Shown in pieces: positions 11,938 through 23,565 of a stretch of DNA of 64,000 nt. Position numbers and translations under genes: made by a program. Each line of letters opens with the position of its first letter. Position 1 is the first letter of the stretch. Source of the DNA: Paramoeba atlantica (taxonomy: Eukaryota > Protista > Discosea); NCBI GenBank assembly GCA_977017575.1, contig CDRNVI010000149.1, positions 1-64,000 of the forward strand, given 5' to 3'. The notes under the pieces were generated by a model, which saw nothing but the letters and a program-made list of their open reading frames with translations, made no database searches and was not told the DNA's origin.

Positions 11938-12689
11938 AAAAAAAAAAACACAAAAACATAAAAACACAGAAACATAAAAACACAAAAACACAAAAAAAAA
12001 CAAAAAAAAAACAAACAAACAATGCTAAACTCAGGAAGAAGAAGAATAAGAAGAGAAAGGAAAAGAGATTGGTGGATATTAGAAGTAGCTTTGGTGTGGG
12101 CCCCCAGGTAGCTCCTCCCCCAACAACAAACTTGCCTAATGTATCCCAGTCAGAGTGCCTCTGAGGAGGGGAGCAGGATCAACAGAGAAAACAAGAGAAA
12201 AGAAAGAGAAACAGAAACTCTGGATCAAAACCTTTATGGGAAAGATCCCCAGCCAACACAAACAGAACAAGAAAACAACAACAAAGAAACAGAAAAGCAA
12301 GAAGAAGAACAACAAAAGGAATCACAACTGAGAAAAGCACAGAATCACTGAAACTCAACTCAAATTGGAATCCCAAGCCTACACAGCAACCAAAGAAGGA
12401 AGAAAGCAACAAAAGATGATGACAACAAAAGAAGAGAACAGAAAGCAAGCAAAGCAAGCCAAAAGATATCAATAATATACTCAGCAGATTGGGATCCTTC
12501 AGCACACACAGTTATCCACAGTGCAAGTAAGACAGCACTCACTATTGAGGTGAAGAGGTTTGAACAGTATTGAGCAGTAAGTCCACACACAAAGGAAGAG
12601 AATTCCCAAGATGGGAAGCAAGAAGAAGAACAACAAAAGGAATCACAACTGAGAAAAGCATAAAATCACCAAAACTCAACTCAAATCAG

Positions 12690-13683
12690 ATAATTAGAAA
12701 GAGAAGGGGAGAGATTGGGCAGCCTTGTCAAACTCCAATTCTACTGATAATAAAGTCTGCAAGAGAGAAGCCAGGTTTTCCTTCAATTGAGGGTAACCAA
12801 GTTTTGGAGGAGTGGAATACTTTTTCAATCACAAAAATGGCTTGGGGAGGAGCCTTCAACCTCTTTAAAATGTGAATCAGAGCATTATGGTTTACATAAT
12901 CATAAGCCTTACAGAAGTCAGTTTGTAGGAGAGTAATATCTTGTTCATCAGCCAAAGCTTCATCTCTTGAACATTGCATGTTGAGTATTAGAGATTACTC
13001 CACTTGCAATTTCAGAAAATCAAAGAGCTTAATATTACATTACAATTCAATAATCAGAGTTTGTTACACTTATAGGTTTGAACTGGTCAGGGTGAGGAAT
13101 GTTCTCAATCTTGAGAATCAAACACAATTGGCTCTCTCCAAAGGAGTTAGGGAATTTCATACTTTCTCCTGCTTGTTGGATCAATTCAACCTACATTTCT
13201 TGATATTTCTTATAAGTTTTCCAATAGAGGGAGAAGGGAATTCCATCAGGGCCTGCACTGGTATTGTTGGCTTGAAGGAGTAGCTTCTCAACTTTCAGAA
13301 GGTCTACTGTATGATTTTCAGAGTCTGGGAAGTGGAAGGGGTGGTTGTCAAGAAGTTCATCAAGGGCTTTAAGATCATAAGAACATTCAGTTCCCAAGAA
13401 ATCACCCCAAAAGCCTTTAATAGCTTCTCTCACAGTAAATGAGTCATGAAACAAGATGCCATCAACAATCACTCCTCTCACCTTGAAGGAGGACTTTTTG
13501 TTAGGATGAGCTGGGTGGTTGTTAAGGAAAACTCCAAGTTGTTGTTCAAGGCTTGATATCTGAGAGAGACTAATAATCTTTAATCTCCATTTCTGCAATT
13601 TCAGAGGGTTATCCCAATTCTCAGCAGCTGCTTCTCTCAGTTCAGCTTCCAAGGAGGTGAAGGGGTGGGCTGGGCTATCCTTT
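12690..13683 (-). pseudogene. Decayed L1 RT and linker fragments
   Basis: ORF 12728..12979 has LLQTDFCKAYDYVNH; ORF 13191..13697 has NNTSAGPDGIPFSLY. Confidence 0.85.
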
Positions 13684-13830
13684 CTTCTTTTTAACATTAG
13701 ACTTTATTAGGTGATGGCTTAACCCAAAGCCACTAATTTTTTAAGGTTAAAGATAACAAGGATAGAGTTTCACCTCTTTAGGTTCAAATGGTTCAAAGAC
13801 CTTTAATTCACTTAAACTCCTTCTCAGGGA
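13684..13830 (-). mobile_element. SINE family 1, 3' fragment
   Basis: Matches 2031-2180. Confidence 0.8.
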
Positions 13831-13962
13831 ATTTTTGAAAAGAGCAGAAATAAATTTGGGGTCATTAATTAGATATTCAGGAATCTTCTTCTTCTGAAAG
13901 TTGATCTCCCACTCTTTTACACTGGCCCCTCCAATCATTACAACATGATCTTTGAATCCAGA

Positions 13963-16900
13963 CTTTTAAAAAAAAAACCCTTAGGAATCATCTGAGGGTT
14001 CTTTTTTGCTGATATCTTCTCTTTCTCAAGTTAGCTGTGGTAGAAGACTACCCCATGGGGAGCTGAGCATATCTGCTGATAGCTCTCAACTTACTCTATC
14101 CAATTATGTTCTCCAGAAGCTCTGACTTGTCTTTCAACAGAGTTGCTAGAGGAAACACTAATTCAGCACCACTATTTTTGAAAAAAGCAGTTCCAAGTAT
14201 GAACCAAACAATTGCTAAGCTTTGGAAGATGATTGATATTAAGAATGCCTCCCTTTTCACTCACCTTGCTACCAAACTCAATCTGTCTCTCATCAAAGGA
14301 GCCAAAGTATGCCCTCTCTTCCCAGTAGAAGCTTTTGCCTTCCTCAATGAGATCCCTACCTTCCCCAACTTCCTGAAAGCTATTGAAAGTCAAACCAATC
14401 TCAAGGGAAGTATTAGAGTGGAGGCAAGGGCCAAACACTATGCCATCCTTGCCCACAAAGAAAAAGATATCCTCACAATCCAATCTATTATTGAAGAGAA
14501 AGGAAACTTGATTACCAACCAACTTGAAAGTTCTTGTATTTGGAGAATCAATCATGATGCCCATCTGTGGGGGATCAAGATCAGACTCCCCTTTCAAGTC
14601 TCAGAGAATGAGTGAATTTACAATTTATTCAATGGAGAGAACTGCTTTCCCTCTTTCAATCTTAAAGAAGTGGTACAAGTCTCTGATGACTGCATCATCA
14701 TCTTCAAAAAGTTCATTCCCCTCTCTCTAGTCCACCTTATTGCCAAGACCAAAGGATTCATCTGAATCAATGCCTTGATCAAAGTCAAGTGTTCCATTTG
14801 GACACCAACCTGACCATACCACCTCTTCATTGAGTGCCCCCTCTGCAGGGTGAACCATCTTGCAAGCTTTACTTGCATTGTGGAGATCATCCAGAAATAA
14901 GAAGAAGATGCCATCAGCAAGCTTTTTAAAGAAGAGCAACAAAGCCTTAGTCTTGAGAAAGACCAAATTGTGATCACAAACACAAAGAAGTATGAAGGAA
15001 TGAAATTTATTTATAAAAAAGAAATGCCAACTGAAGAATAGATCCTCAAGAAAAAAGATGAAATTGCTGAAATGGAAAGTGAGGAGGAAGGAATGAGCAA
15101 AGCTCTGAAATGCAAGATAAGAATGAACAAGAAAAGAGGAAAGGGAATGAACAGAAAAGAAGGGATGAGGATGGTGATGGAGATATAATTATGATCAGAG
15201 GGAGAGGAGGCTAACAGTGAGGAAGAAAACAAGGAGGAAGGAAAGAGTGATGGGTCAGTCACAGTGAAAATCCCTTTGAAAGGAGGAATGATTGAAGAAA
15301 TGAGTTTTGGTATGAGTGAGGAAGCTTGAGTGTGGCTGGAGGATCTCCCAACCAAATTCAGGTGGAAGTGGGGAATGAAAGAACTCAAAAAAACAGTTAC
15401 AAACCTTGAAAACAGGGAATATGAATTACTGAATGAAAAGCTTTGACAAGTTTTGATTGAAGCAGTTAAATTTATTACTTCAAACATGTCCAAATTCAAA
15501 AAGAGATCACAACAATTATTAGCTGAAGAAATAGGGGAAATAATCAATAAAGATAAGAAGAAAGTGAGGCAAAGCAAAAAGAAATTGAAAGGCAACACAG
15601 ATAAAATGTTGGAGGTCAAAAAATCGAATGTAATTTCCAAAACCATTCCCACAGAGAAGGAAAAAAGTGGTGGGGTGAGAAATTATAAAGGTGTTCCTTC
15701 TCCTTCTTCCACTGGTTTTTTTTTCAATGTTTTTTTTTCGACCACTGCCACTGGTTTTTTGTTTTGTTTTTCCTCTCTGGAACTGAAAGAAAGGTTGAAA
15801 AGAGTGTTTGAGAGTGAGTTTTGAGGTGTTTTTTGAAGAAAAAAAAAAGAATTTATTTCTCTTTTCACTTTTTTATCATCAAATGAATTTACAGTAAGAA
15901 ATTTCTTTTTGTTTGGATTAATCAACAAAACAAATTCTTTTTTTTCCTTCCACAGCATCATCATCTTCAACTTCAATACACAACCTTTTCTTTCAAATTA
16001 AACAATCCAATCATCAAAAGAATAAACAAATACACACTTTTTTTCCTTTTTCCTTTTCTTTTTTGTTCCATTTCTTCAACCTTCACCATCCTCATTCAAC
16101 CAAAAAACAAACAAATCAAAAGAGAGACCACAAGAGTGAACATGTGAATATGATGTCAGATTTTTTTTTTGAAGACTCAAAAGGAATATCTGAAGTCACT
16201 TCAACCCTAAAAAATGCCATGATTGCAAGTGCAGCTTGAGCTCACCTCCATGTGGAAAAGTTTAAAGAAAAAAGAAAAAAAAAAAAAAAACTAGAAAAAA
16301 GAGAAAAAAAGTCAAAAGAAAGTTCTAAGTTGGAAGTTAATTAAAAAAAGAAAAAGAAATACCAGAAGATAGAGCAGAAAATGATGAACAAAAGGAAAAA
16401 AAAAGGAAAAAAGAATAATCAAGATATCAAAAAGTATGGACTTGTTCACCCCTTTCCCCAGAGATTCAATGTTCAACTTCAACCCTCTCCTTTGGCAATT
16501 GTCAACAAGTCCCAACTAATTTCTCATCTCCCCACTCCCCCCACCCCCCTCAACTCCCCTTTCCCCCAAGAGAGACCTTGTAATTCTCAAATCCCCTCTC
16601 TGAAATCCAATCCCCCTGAGTTACCCCAAATTTGTTGTTTTTCTCATTTCCCTAACTTGAGAATTCTTTCCTGGAATATAAATGGACTGCAAAATGAAGA
16701 GAAACTCAAGATCTGTAAGAGGATGGCAGCTAGCTCCCAGCTCCTATTCATCTTCTTCTAGGAAACCCATGCAACATCTGAAAATGATCTTGATCATCTT
16801 AAGAACCATTTGAGGAAGTATATTTGGTTTCGTGACTCCTTTTCTAAGGAAATGTGGCCTTGCAATTGGAATTAAACATGTGAAAGGATTGAAAGATCCC

Positions 16901-17760
16901 TCTCCCTTCTTTTTTGAGAAAAATAAAGGTGGATTGTTTGGATTGAAAGTCTTCATTCAAAATCAGGAATTTTCAGTTCTTAATGTTTATTGCCACCCTG
17001 GTTTGAAACTGAAACACCTAATGGAAGAATCCTCCTGATTTTTCTCTCCCCAGAACAGAAATATTCTAGCTGGGGACCTCAATTGGGGAACAAAACCAAT
17101 TGTCAGAAATTAATTGAACACCTCTCTGGACTGAATTTGTTTTGCCTCAACTGGTTGGAACCCACCCATTTTCAGGGTCATTGCATTGACCACATCTTCC
17201 TTCCCTCTGAGGCTTTTGAAGACTGTTTGTTTGTGAATGTAATCCCATCTGGATTCAAAAATCATGCTGTAATGATTGGAGGAGCCAATGTAAAAGAGTG
17301 AAAGACCAACTCTTAGAAGAAGAGGATTTCTGAATACCTAATTAATAACCCCAAATTTATCTCTGCTCTCTTTGAAGCTGTTGGAAACTACTCTGTGGGT
17401 GACCTTGTGACCTGTCTTGATAAAATGAAATCTGAAGCTTGAAGATTGACTGCTCTGTGGAAGAACAAGCACAAGAAAGCTCATCTCTTCAAGAAACTTT
17501 GAAAATTGCAGACTTTAGTTAAGAAGCTGAGAATAACTCAAATCCTTCGAAAGGATAGCCCAGCTCACCCCTTCACCTCCTTGGAAGCTAAACTGAGAGA
17601 AGCAGCTGCTGAGAATTGGGATAACCCTCTAAAAGGGCAGAAATGAAGATTAAAGATTATTCCTCAGATGATTAAAGTTGGTCTCTCTTGAATATCAAAT
17701 CTTGAACAATAACTTGAAGTTTTCTTCAACAACCACCCAGCTTGTCCCAATAAGAAGTCC
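13963..17760 (+). mobile_element. Decayed L1 5' half (5'UTR, ORF1, start of ORF2 with APE domain)
   Basis: ORF1 starts at ATG 14106; ORF 16381..16761 contains LRILSWNINGL, followed by (Q)ETH and EPTHFQGHCIDHIF (APE motifs). Confidence 0.85.
15710..16254. mobile_element. One-ended copy of TIR element X
   Basis: Matches ~30575-31077, including the right TIR ...gtgcagcttgagctcacctccatgtg. Confidence 0.7.
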
Positions 17761-17787
17761 TCCCCTATTATGATCTTTGAATCCAGA

Positions 17788-18540
17788 CTTTTAAAAAAAA
17801 ACCCTTTAGGAGTCAGCTGAGGGTTCTTTTTTGTTGTTATCTTCCCTTTCTCAAGTTTGCTGTGGTAGAAGACCACCCCACAGGGAGCTGAACATATCTG
17901 CTGATAGCTCTCAACTTACTCTATCTTATGTTCTCCAAAAGCTTTGACTTGTCCTTCAGCAGAGTTGCTGGAGGAAACACTAATTCAGCACCATTATTCC
18001 TGAAAAAAGCAGTCTCAGGTATGAACCAAATGATTGCTAAGCTTTGGGAGATGATTGATATAAAGAATGCCTCCCTGTCCACTTGCCTTGCTACCAAACT
18101 TAACCTGTCTCTCATCAAAGGAGCCAGAGTATGCCCCCTCTTCCCAGTAGAAGCCTTTGCCTTCCCCAATAAGATTTCTACCTTCCCCAACTTCCTGAGA
18201 GCTATTGAAAGCCAAACCAACCTCAAGGGAAGTATCAAAGTGGCAAGGGCCAAACACTATGCTATCCTTGCCCACAAGGAGGAGGATGTTCTTATGATCT
18301 AATCTATTATTAAAGAGAAAGGAAACCTGATCACCAACCAACTTGAAAGTTCTTGTATCTGGAGAATTAATCATGATGCTTATTTGTGGGGGATAGATCA
18401 GACTTCCTTACCAAATCTCAGAGAATGAGTAGATTTACAATTTATTCAATGAAGAGGACTGCCTTCCCTCTTTCAATCTTCAAGAAGTGGTATGAGTCTC
18501 TGATGACTGCATCATTATCTTCTATTAGTCCATCCCCCTT
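17788..18540 (+). mobile_element. L1 5'UTR and ORF1 fragment (family A)
   Basis: ORF 17928..18302 is homologous to ORF 14106..14615. Confidence 0.8.
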
Positions 18541-18544
18541 TCTC

Positions 18545-19258
18545 TAGGAAGAGAAGAGGGGAGATTGAGCAGCCTTATTGAACTCCAGTTCTACTGGTAA
18601 TAGAGTCAGCTGGAGAGGAGCCAAGTTTCCCTCCAATTGAGGATAACTAGGTTTTAGAGGGGTGGAGTACTTTCTCAATCATAAAGATGGCTTGGGAAGG
18701 GGCCTTCAATCTCTTCAAAATGTGAATCAGAGCATTCCAGTTTACATAATCATAAGTCTTGCAGAAGTCAGTTTGGAAGAGAGTAATATCTTGTTCATCA
18801 GCCAAAGCTTCATAGAAGGCATCATAAATAGTTTCCACAGCTGCATCAATTGATTTCTCTTTAAACATTGCATGTTGAGTATCAAAGATTACTCCACTTG
18901 CAATTTCAGAAAACCAAAGAGCCTAATATTGCATTACAATTCAATAATCAGAGTTTGTTACACTTATAGGTCTGAACTGGTCAGGGTAAAGAATGTTCTC
19001 AACTTTGGGAATCAAACATAATTGGCTCTCTTCAAAGGAATCAGGGAATTTCAGACTCTCTCCTGCTTGTTGGATCAATTCAACCCACATCTCTTGATAT
19101 TTTTTATAAGTTTTCTGATAGAGGGAGAAGGAAATTCCATCAGGGCCTGCACTGGTATGGTTAGCTTGAAGGAGCAGCTTCTCAACTTTCAGAAGATCTA
19201 CTGATGATTTTCAGAGTCTGTGAAGTGGAAGGGGTGGTTGTTAAGGAGTTCATCTAGG
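18545..19258 (-). pseudogene. Decayed L1 RT fragments
   Basis: ORF 18647..18868 has LFQTDFCKTYDYVN. Confidence 0.85.
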
Positions 19259-19582
19259 AATTGTGGTATAATGACTTAGTTGGTAAAACAACTATTACTT
19301 CAATTTGGGGTTACAAGTTCAAATCTCAAAGAAGAAAATATTAAAAACATTATTTTCTTTTCCTGCTCACTTGAATGTGAAAAATAAAACAGATTATCTT
19401 CTGCCCTGTTTGCTAAAAAGCAGAGAATAAATTCTTTGAGAAGGAGTTTAAGTAAATTAAAGGTCTTTGGATCATTTGAACCTAAAGAGGTGAAACTCTA
19501 TCCTTGTTATCTTTAACCTTAAAAAATTAGTGGTTTTGAGTTAGGCCATTATCTAATAAAGTCCAGTGTTAAAAAGAAAAAA
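19259..19582 (+). mobile_element. tRNA-derived SINE family 1
   Basis: A and B boxes and tail as in the other copies. Confidence 0.85.
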
Positions 19583-19644
19583 TTTATTATTTCAAACACA
19601 GCTAAACTTAAGAAAAAACCAAAACAATTATCAATTGTGAAGTG

Positions 19645-22580
19645 GTTAGAGTTTGAGGAAGGAAAGAGTGGGCAGGTGAAGGAAAGAAGGAAAGAAAAGA
19701 AAGGAAAAAGAAAAAAAGAAAAAAGTCAAGGACAAATCATGGGAAAGATTGGCAGTGTATCACAAAGGAAACCAACTAAGTAAGTTTATTTCTTTTATCA
19801 ACAAACAAAAAGAGTATTCATATGGGACAATAAATATAACAAGTGTGGAATTAACAAGAAATAAAATAGAATAAAAGACAAAAACACATAAGAAAAAGGA
19901 TGTGGTGGAGAAATTAAATCACAGATAAATGTTACAGAACATAGAATTAATTAACATAAAGATTATATAAAATAGATAAATAAGATGGTGTGAAAATATT
20001 AAGAGAATAACTTGAATTCAGAGTGAGAACTGGGTGGGAAGAGCTCAGATGAGAGAGACAGGAATACATGCAGAATCAAAATAGTCTGTACAGTCTTACA
20101 AATATTCATCAGGGATATTCACACAACAGGGGAGCACAGTGGTGTACAAAGAGAAACAGATTAATTTACATAACATGGAATCAGTTTACACCAGGATTCT
20201 GACACATCCTTCCAAATGAATATGTTTCATATAAATCAGAAGAAGGAATTTCACAACACATCAGAAATCAAGAACAATTAAAGCAAAGCAGCAAAACAAA
20301 TGGAATTTACATTTAGCATAGCAAATCAAGATGAGGTGAAACCTATCATTGAACCAAATATCAAGCCATCAAGGAAATCAGAATGAATTACAAAATCACA
20401 AAAACAAATATCAGTTGAATAGAATGGAAAAACATAAGGGATTGGTGCAGAAGCAATCAATAATTCAAAACATATTACTTTGAAACAAAAGAGGGATCAA
20501 CATGAGAGCACAAGAGATAATCAGAGAACTTAAGGTATGGACATGGAGAACAAGACAGAAAAATTTAATTCAGAAATTCAAAAATAATATAACCCAGGAA
20601 AAGAGAAATCAATCCAACAAAAACAGCAGGGAATAGGAAGAGAGGGATTTGTGTTCACTATTGGAGACACAGGTGGTGCATTGAATCTTCAGAAATACTA
20701 TGTTCACTCATCATTGAGCAAGGATTGGAAGGAAGAAAGAATAAGTGTTCAATAGGAATCACTATTGCATAGTTCCTCTAGATATGCTACATTTACTCAT
20801 CATTAAAAAAGGAAGGTGCTGAAGATGTTGAAAAGAAGAATCTTTCAAAGAAAAGCAAAACAAGTCATCATAAGATGAACCAGTAAGATCAAGAGTAGAA
20901 AATCAAAATGTTTTCAATAGAGATAAAGAAATCAAAAGTCCAGTAGAAATTATTAAAGTGTTATAAGCTTTAGAGATAATTGGGAATAGGTGAGAAGGAC
21001 ATTGGACAGAAAGCAACAGGAATGAAGCACAACAGCAACAAAAAAGATAAAAAAGATCATCTAGAATAGTGTTGAAAACATGGTTCAGAGGCAAAGCATT
21101 CCAGGTATGCATTTCCAAAATTCAGGGGATGAATTTTCAAAGATAAATCACATATCACATATATAGAAACAAATATATTATTATACAAAGAATAAATGCT
21201 GATCAAATCAACAAATGTTACAATTGCATTGAGATTTTGAGAAGAGAGGTGAGAAAAACATGAGCTGAAAGAAGAACATTAAAGAAAAAATATCATGGGG
21301 CTAGTGAAAATCTATTGCAAGGGTGAGAAAAACAAAAACTCAGAGAATCAGAGAAAATAAAACTCAAAACTCACTTGAAAGAACAAAAACAAGGTAATGG
21401 AGTTATAAAAGAACAAAGAGGGGACATGAGAACTCCCTTTGAAGGTAACAGGTGTTTCAAAAGCAAAGTAATGTCAAAAAGCATTGTTTAAGGGATTGCA
21501 AAGATAAAAGCAATCATCAAATTGCAGGTAGAATAGAAAAAAAATGGGATAGCAATCTCCAAAAATGATAATAACATCGAAACAGAGGAAGAAAGAACAA
21601 TATTTACAATCAACCATAAAACAAAAGAGAATTGGAAAGCAAAAACCAAATCAAAAGATTAAATTGCACAACAATAATTTGACAAGAATAAACTATAGGA
21701 AATAATGAAGGAAATCAAATAATACCAAAATATTTTTAAGTGAAGCCAAGAAATTAGTCACAAGTCACACAAACACTTTTTTCTAATTTGATATTTTGAT
21801 TTCATCACAATTAAGGCATTTCAAAACAAGAGAGAGTATTAACCATCAAATCATAAAACTGAATCAATAGAGGAAATTCAAAATCAACTTATTAAAGACT
21901 AAGAAAAGACTTAATTCCAATAAATCAACCAATAATTAGAATAAAATGTAAATGGTGCAAGATGCTCAATGGAACTTATTGAAAATAAAGCCATTACAAA
22001 TCAAATTCAAGAATCAGCATCATTACTAGAGAATAAACAAAAACATAAGACTATAACAGAAGGAAAAGCAAATCAAGATTTCTCAAAAAAAAAAGAAACT
22101 TAGAACAGAGAATATCAATGATAAGAAAGAAGCATCAGCAATTGAATCAACTTCAAAACAAACAAATCAAATTAGAGAGGTTAAAACTTGAGGGAAAGTA
22201 CAGTAATTAAAATCAAAACAGCTTCAGGGGTGGTACATCTGAAATGACACAAATACAATTTTTTCATGAAATACCCTTCCAACACCAAAATGGGTTTCAA
22301 AATTCAAGTAGGAGTATCCAAGAGAGGAATCCAAGTGAAAATAAAGTCCAGAATCAAAATCACAAAAGGTAAGAGGAAGGTATAAATTTGATAATTTCAA
22401 AGCAAAAAAAGAAATCAGGAAAATTTCCATCATCAACTAAAAACAAAAGAACAAAAAAAATCATCCTGAGGCATCAATTCAAGAATAACAAATTCAAAAT
22501 GATATTGTTACAAGAAAAATAAGAAGATGGAATCAATTATTTCTTCAATAAAATCAACACAGGGATGAATTCAATCAGTT
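19645..22580 (+). mobile_element. Unclassified decayed repeat, copy 1 (coding-like, many stops)
   Basis: Colinear with the reverse complement of ~33805-36750; differences are mostly transitions. Confidence 0.7.
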
Positions 22581-23565
22581 AAAAAAATTTTTTTTTTTAA
22601 TTTAAACATCAAAAATATCATTTATTGAAATGAAGTGTAATCTAGATATTTAAGAATATACTTAAATTAAATTATTATGGTCAAGTAAGATTAATTCACT
22701 TTAATACTAACTTAGTAGCCAAAAGTTCTAATGTTTCTTTCTATTTCTCATTCAAATCTCTTTTAAAATTCTTTTCTTTTCATCAACTTTAATAAATTTA
22801 ATAATCTTCCTTTTTATAGAAAGTCTTATTACACTTTTCAACTAGTAGTTCCTTGCTTGCTCATACTCTTTTCTCCACTTTTGGTTTTCTTTCTCAACAA
22901 AACTTTTTAACATTTCATCAAATGCAACTCTTTTAGAAAACCACTTAATAATATTATTTAACTTTCTTCACAAAAAAGCTTCAATTTAAATCCAATGGTT
23001 TCATCACCCATTTTCATAATTTAGAATTTTTAATAATCCATTCCTCATTGGTTGTTGTTAGTTGCTTCAATCTTGGATCTTAGTTTTTATCAAATATAGT
23101 TTCCATTTCATCCTCTTCAAAGTGACTTGTTGCTGTTATAATCACATCTGATCTTTTGTTAAATTTGTGATACACATGAATATACTTTATTTTGGCAAAT
23201 TTACTTTTAATAATATTTCTAATCTTAGATAAGATCTCATTAAACTCAAAATTATCAATTCATTTTAGATGCTGCCTCAATTAAAATTTTACAATTTCCC
23301 ACTATCTTTACATGTTATCCAAAACCAATAACTTATTATAAACCAGTTAAGTATCTTGAAAACTCATTCAAGTTATTTGAGCTTAATGGAATTGTTTTAA
23401 ATCTACCTCCAACTTTCAAACCTTCCTTAATAATCACACATTCAAATTCTCCAATGCAGAAATTTACATACTTAAAGCTATCATAAAACACTTGTAAGGT
23501 AGAGTATTTGAACTTTAGTTGTTTCACTTCTCTTTTACCTTTGGAGGAAGCCTTCTTTATAGTCT

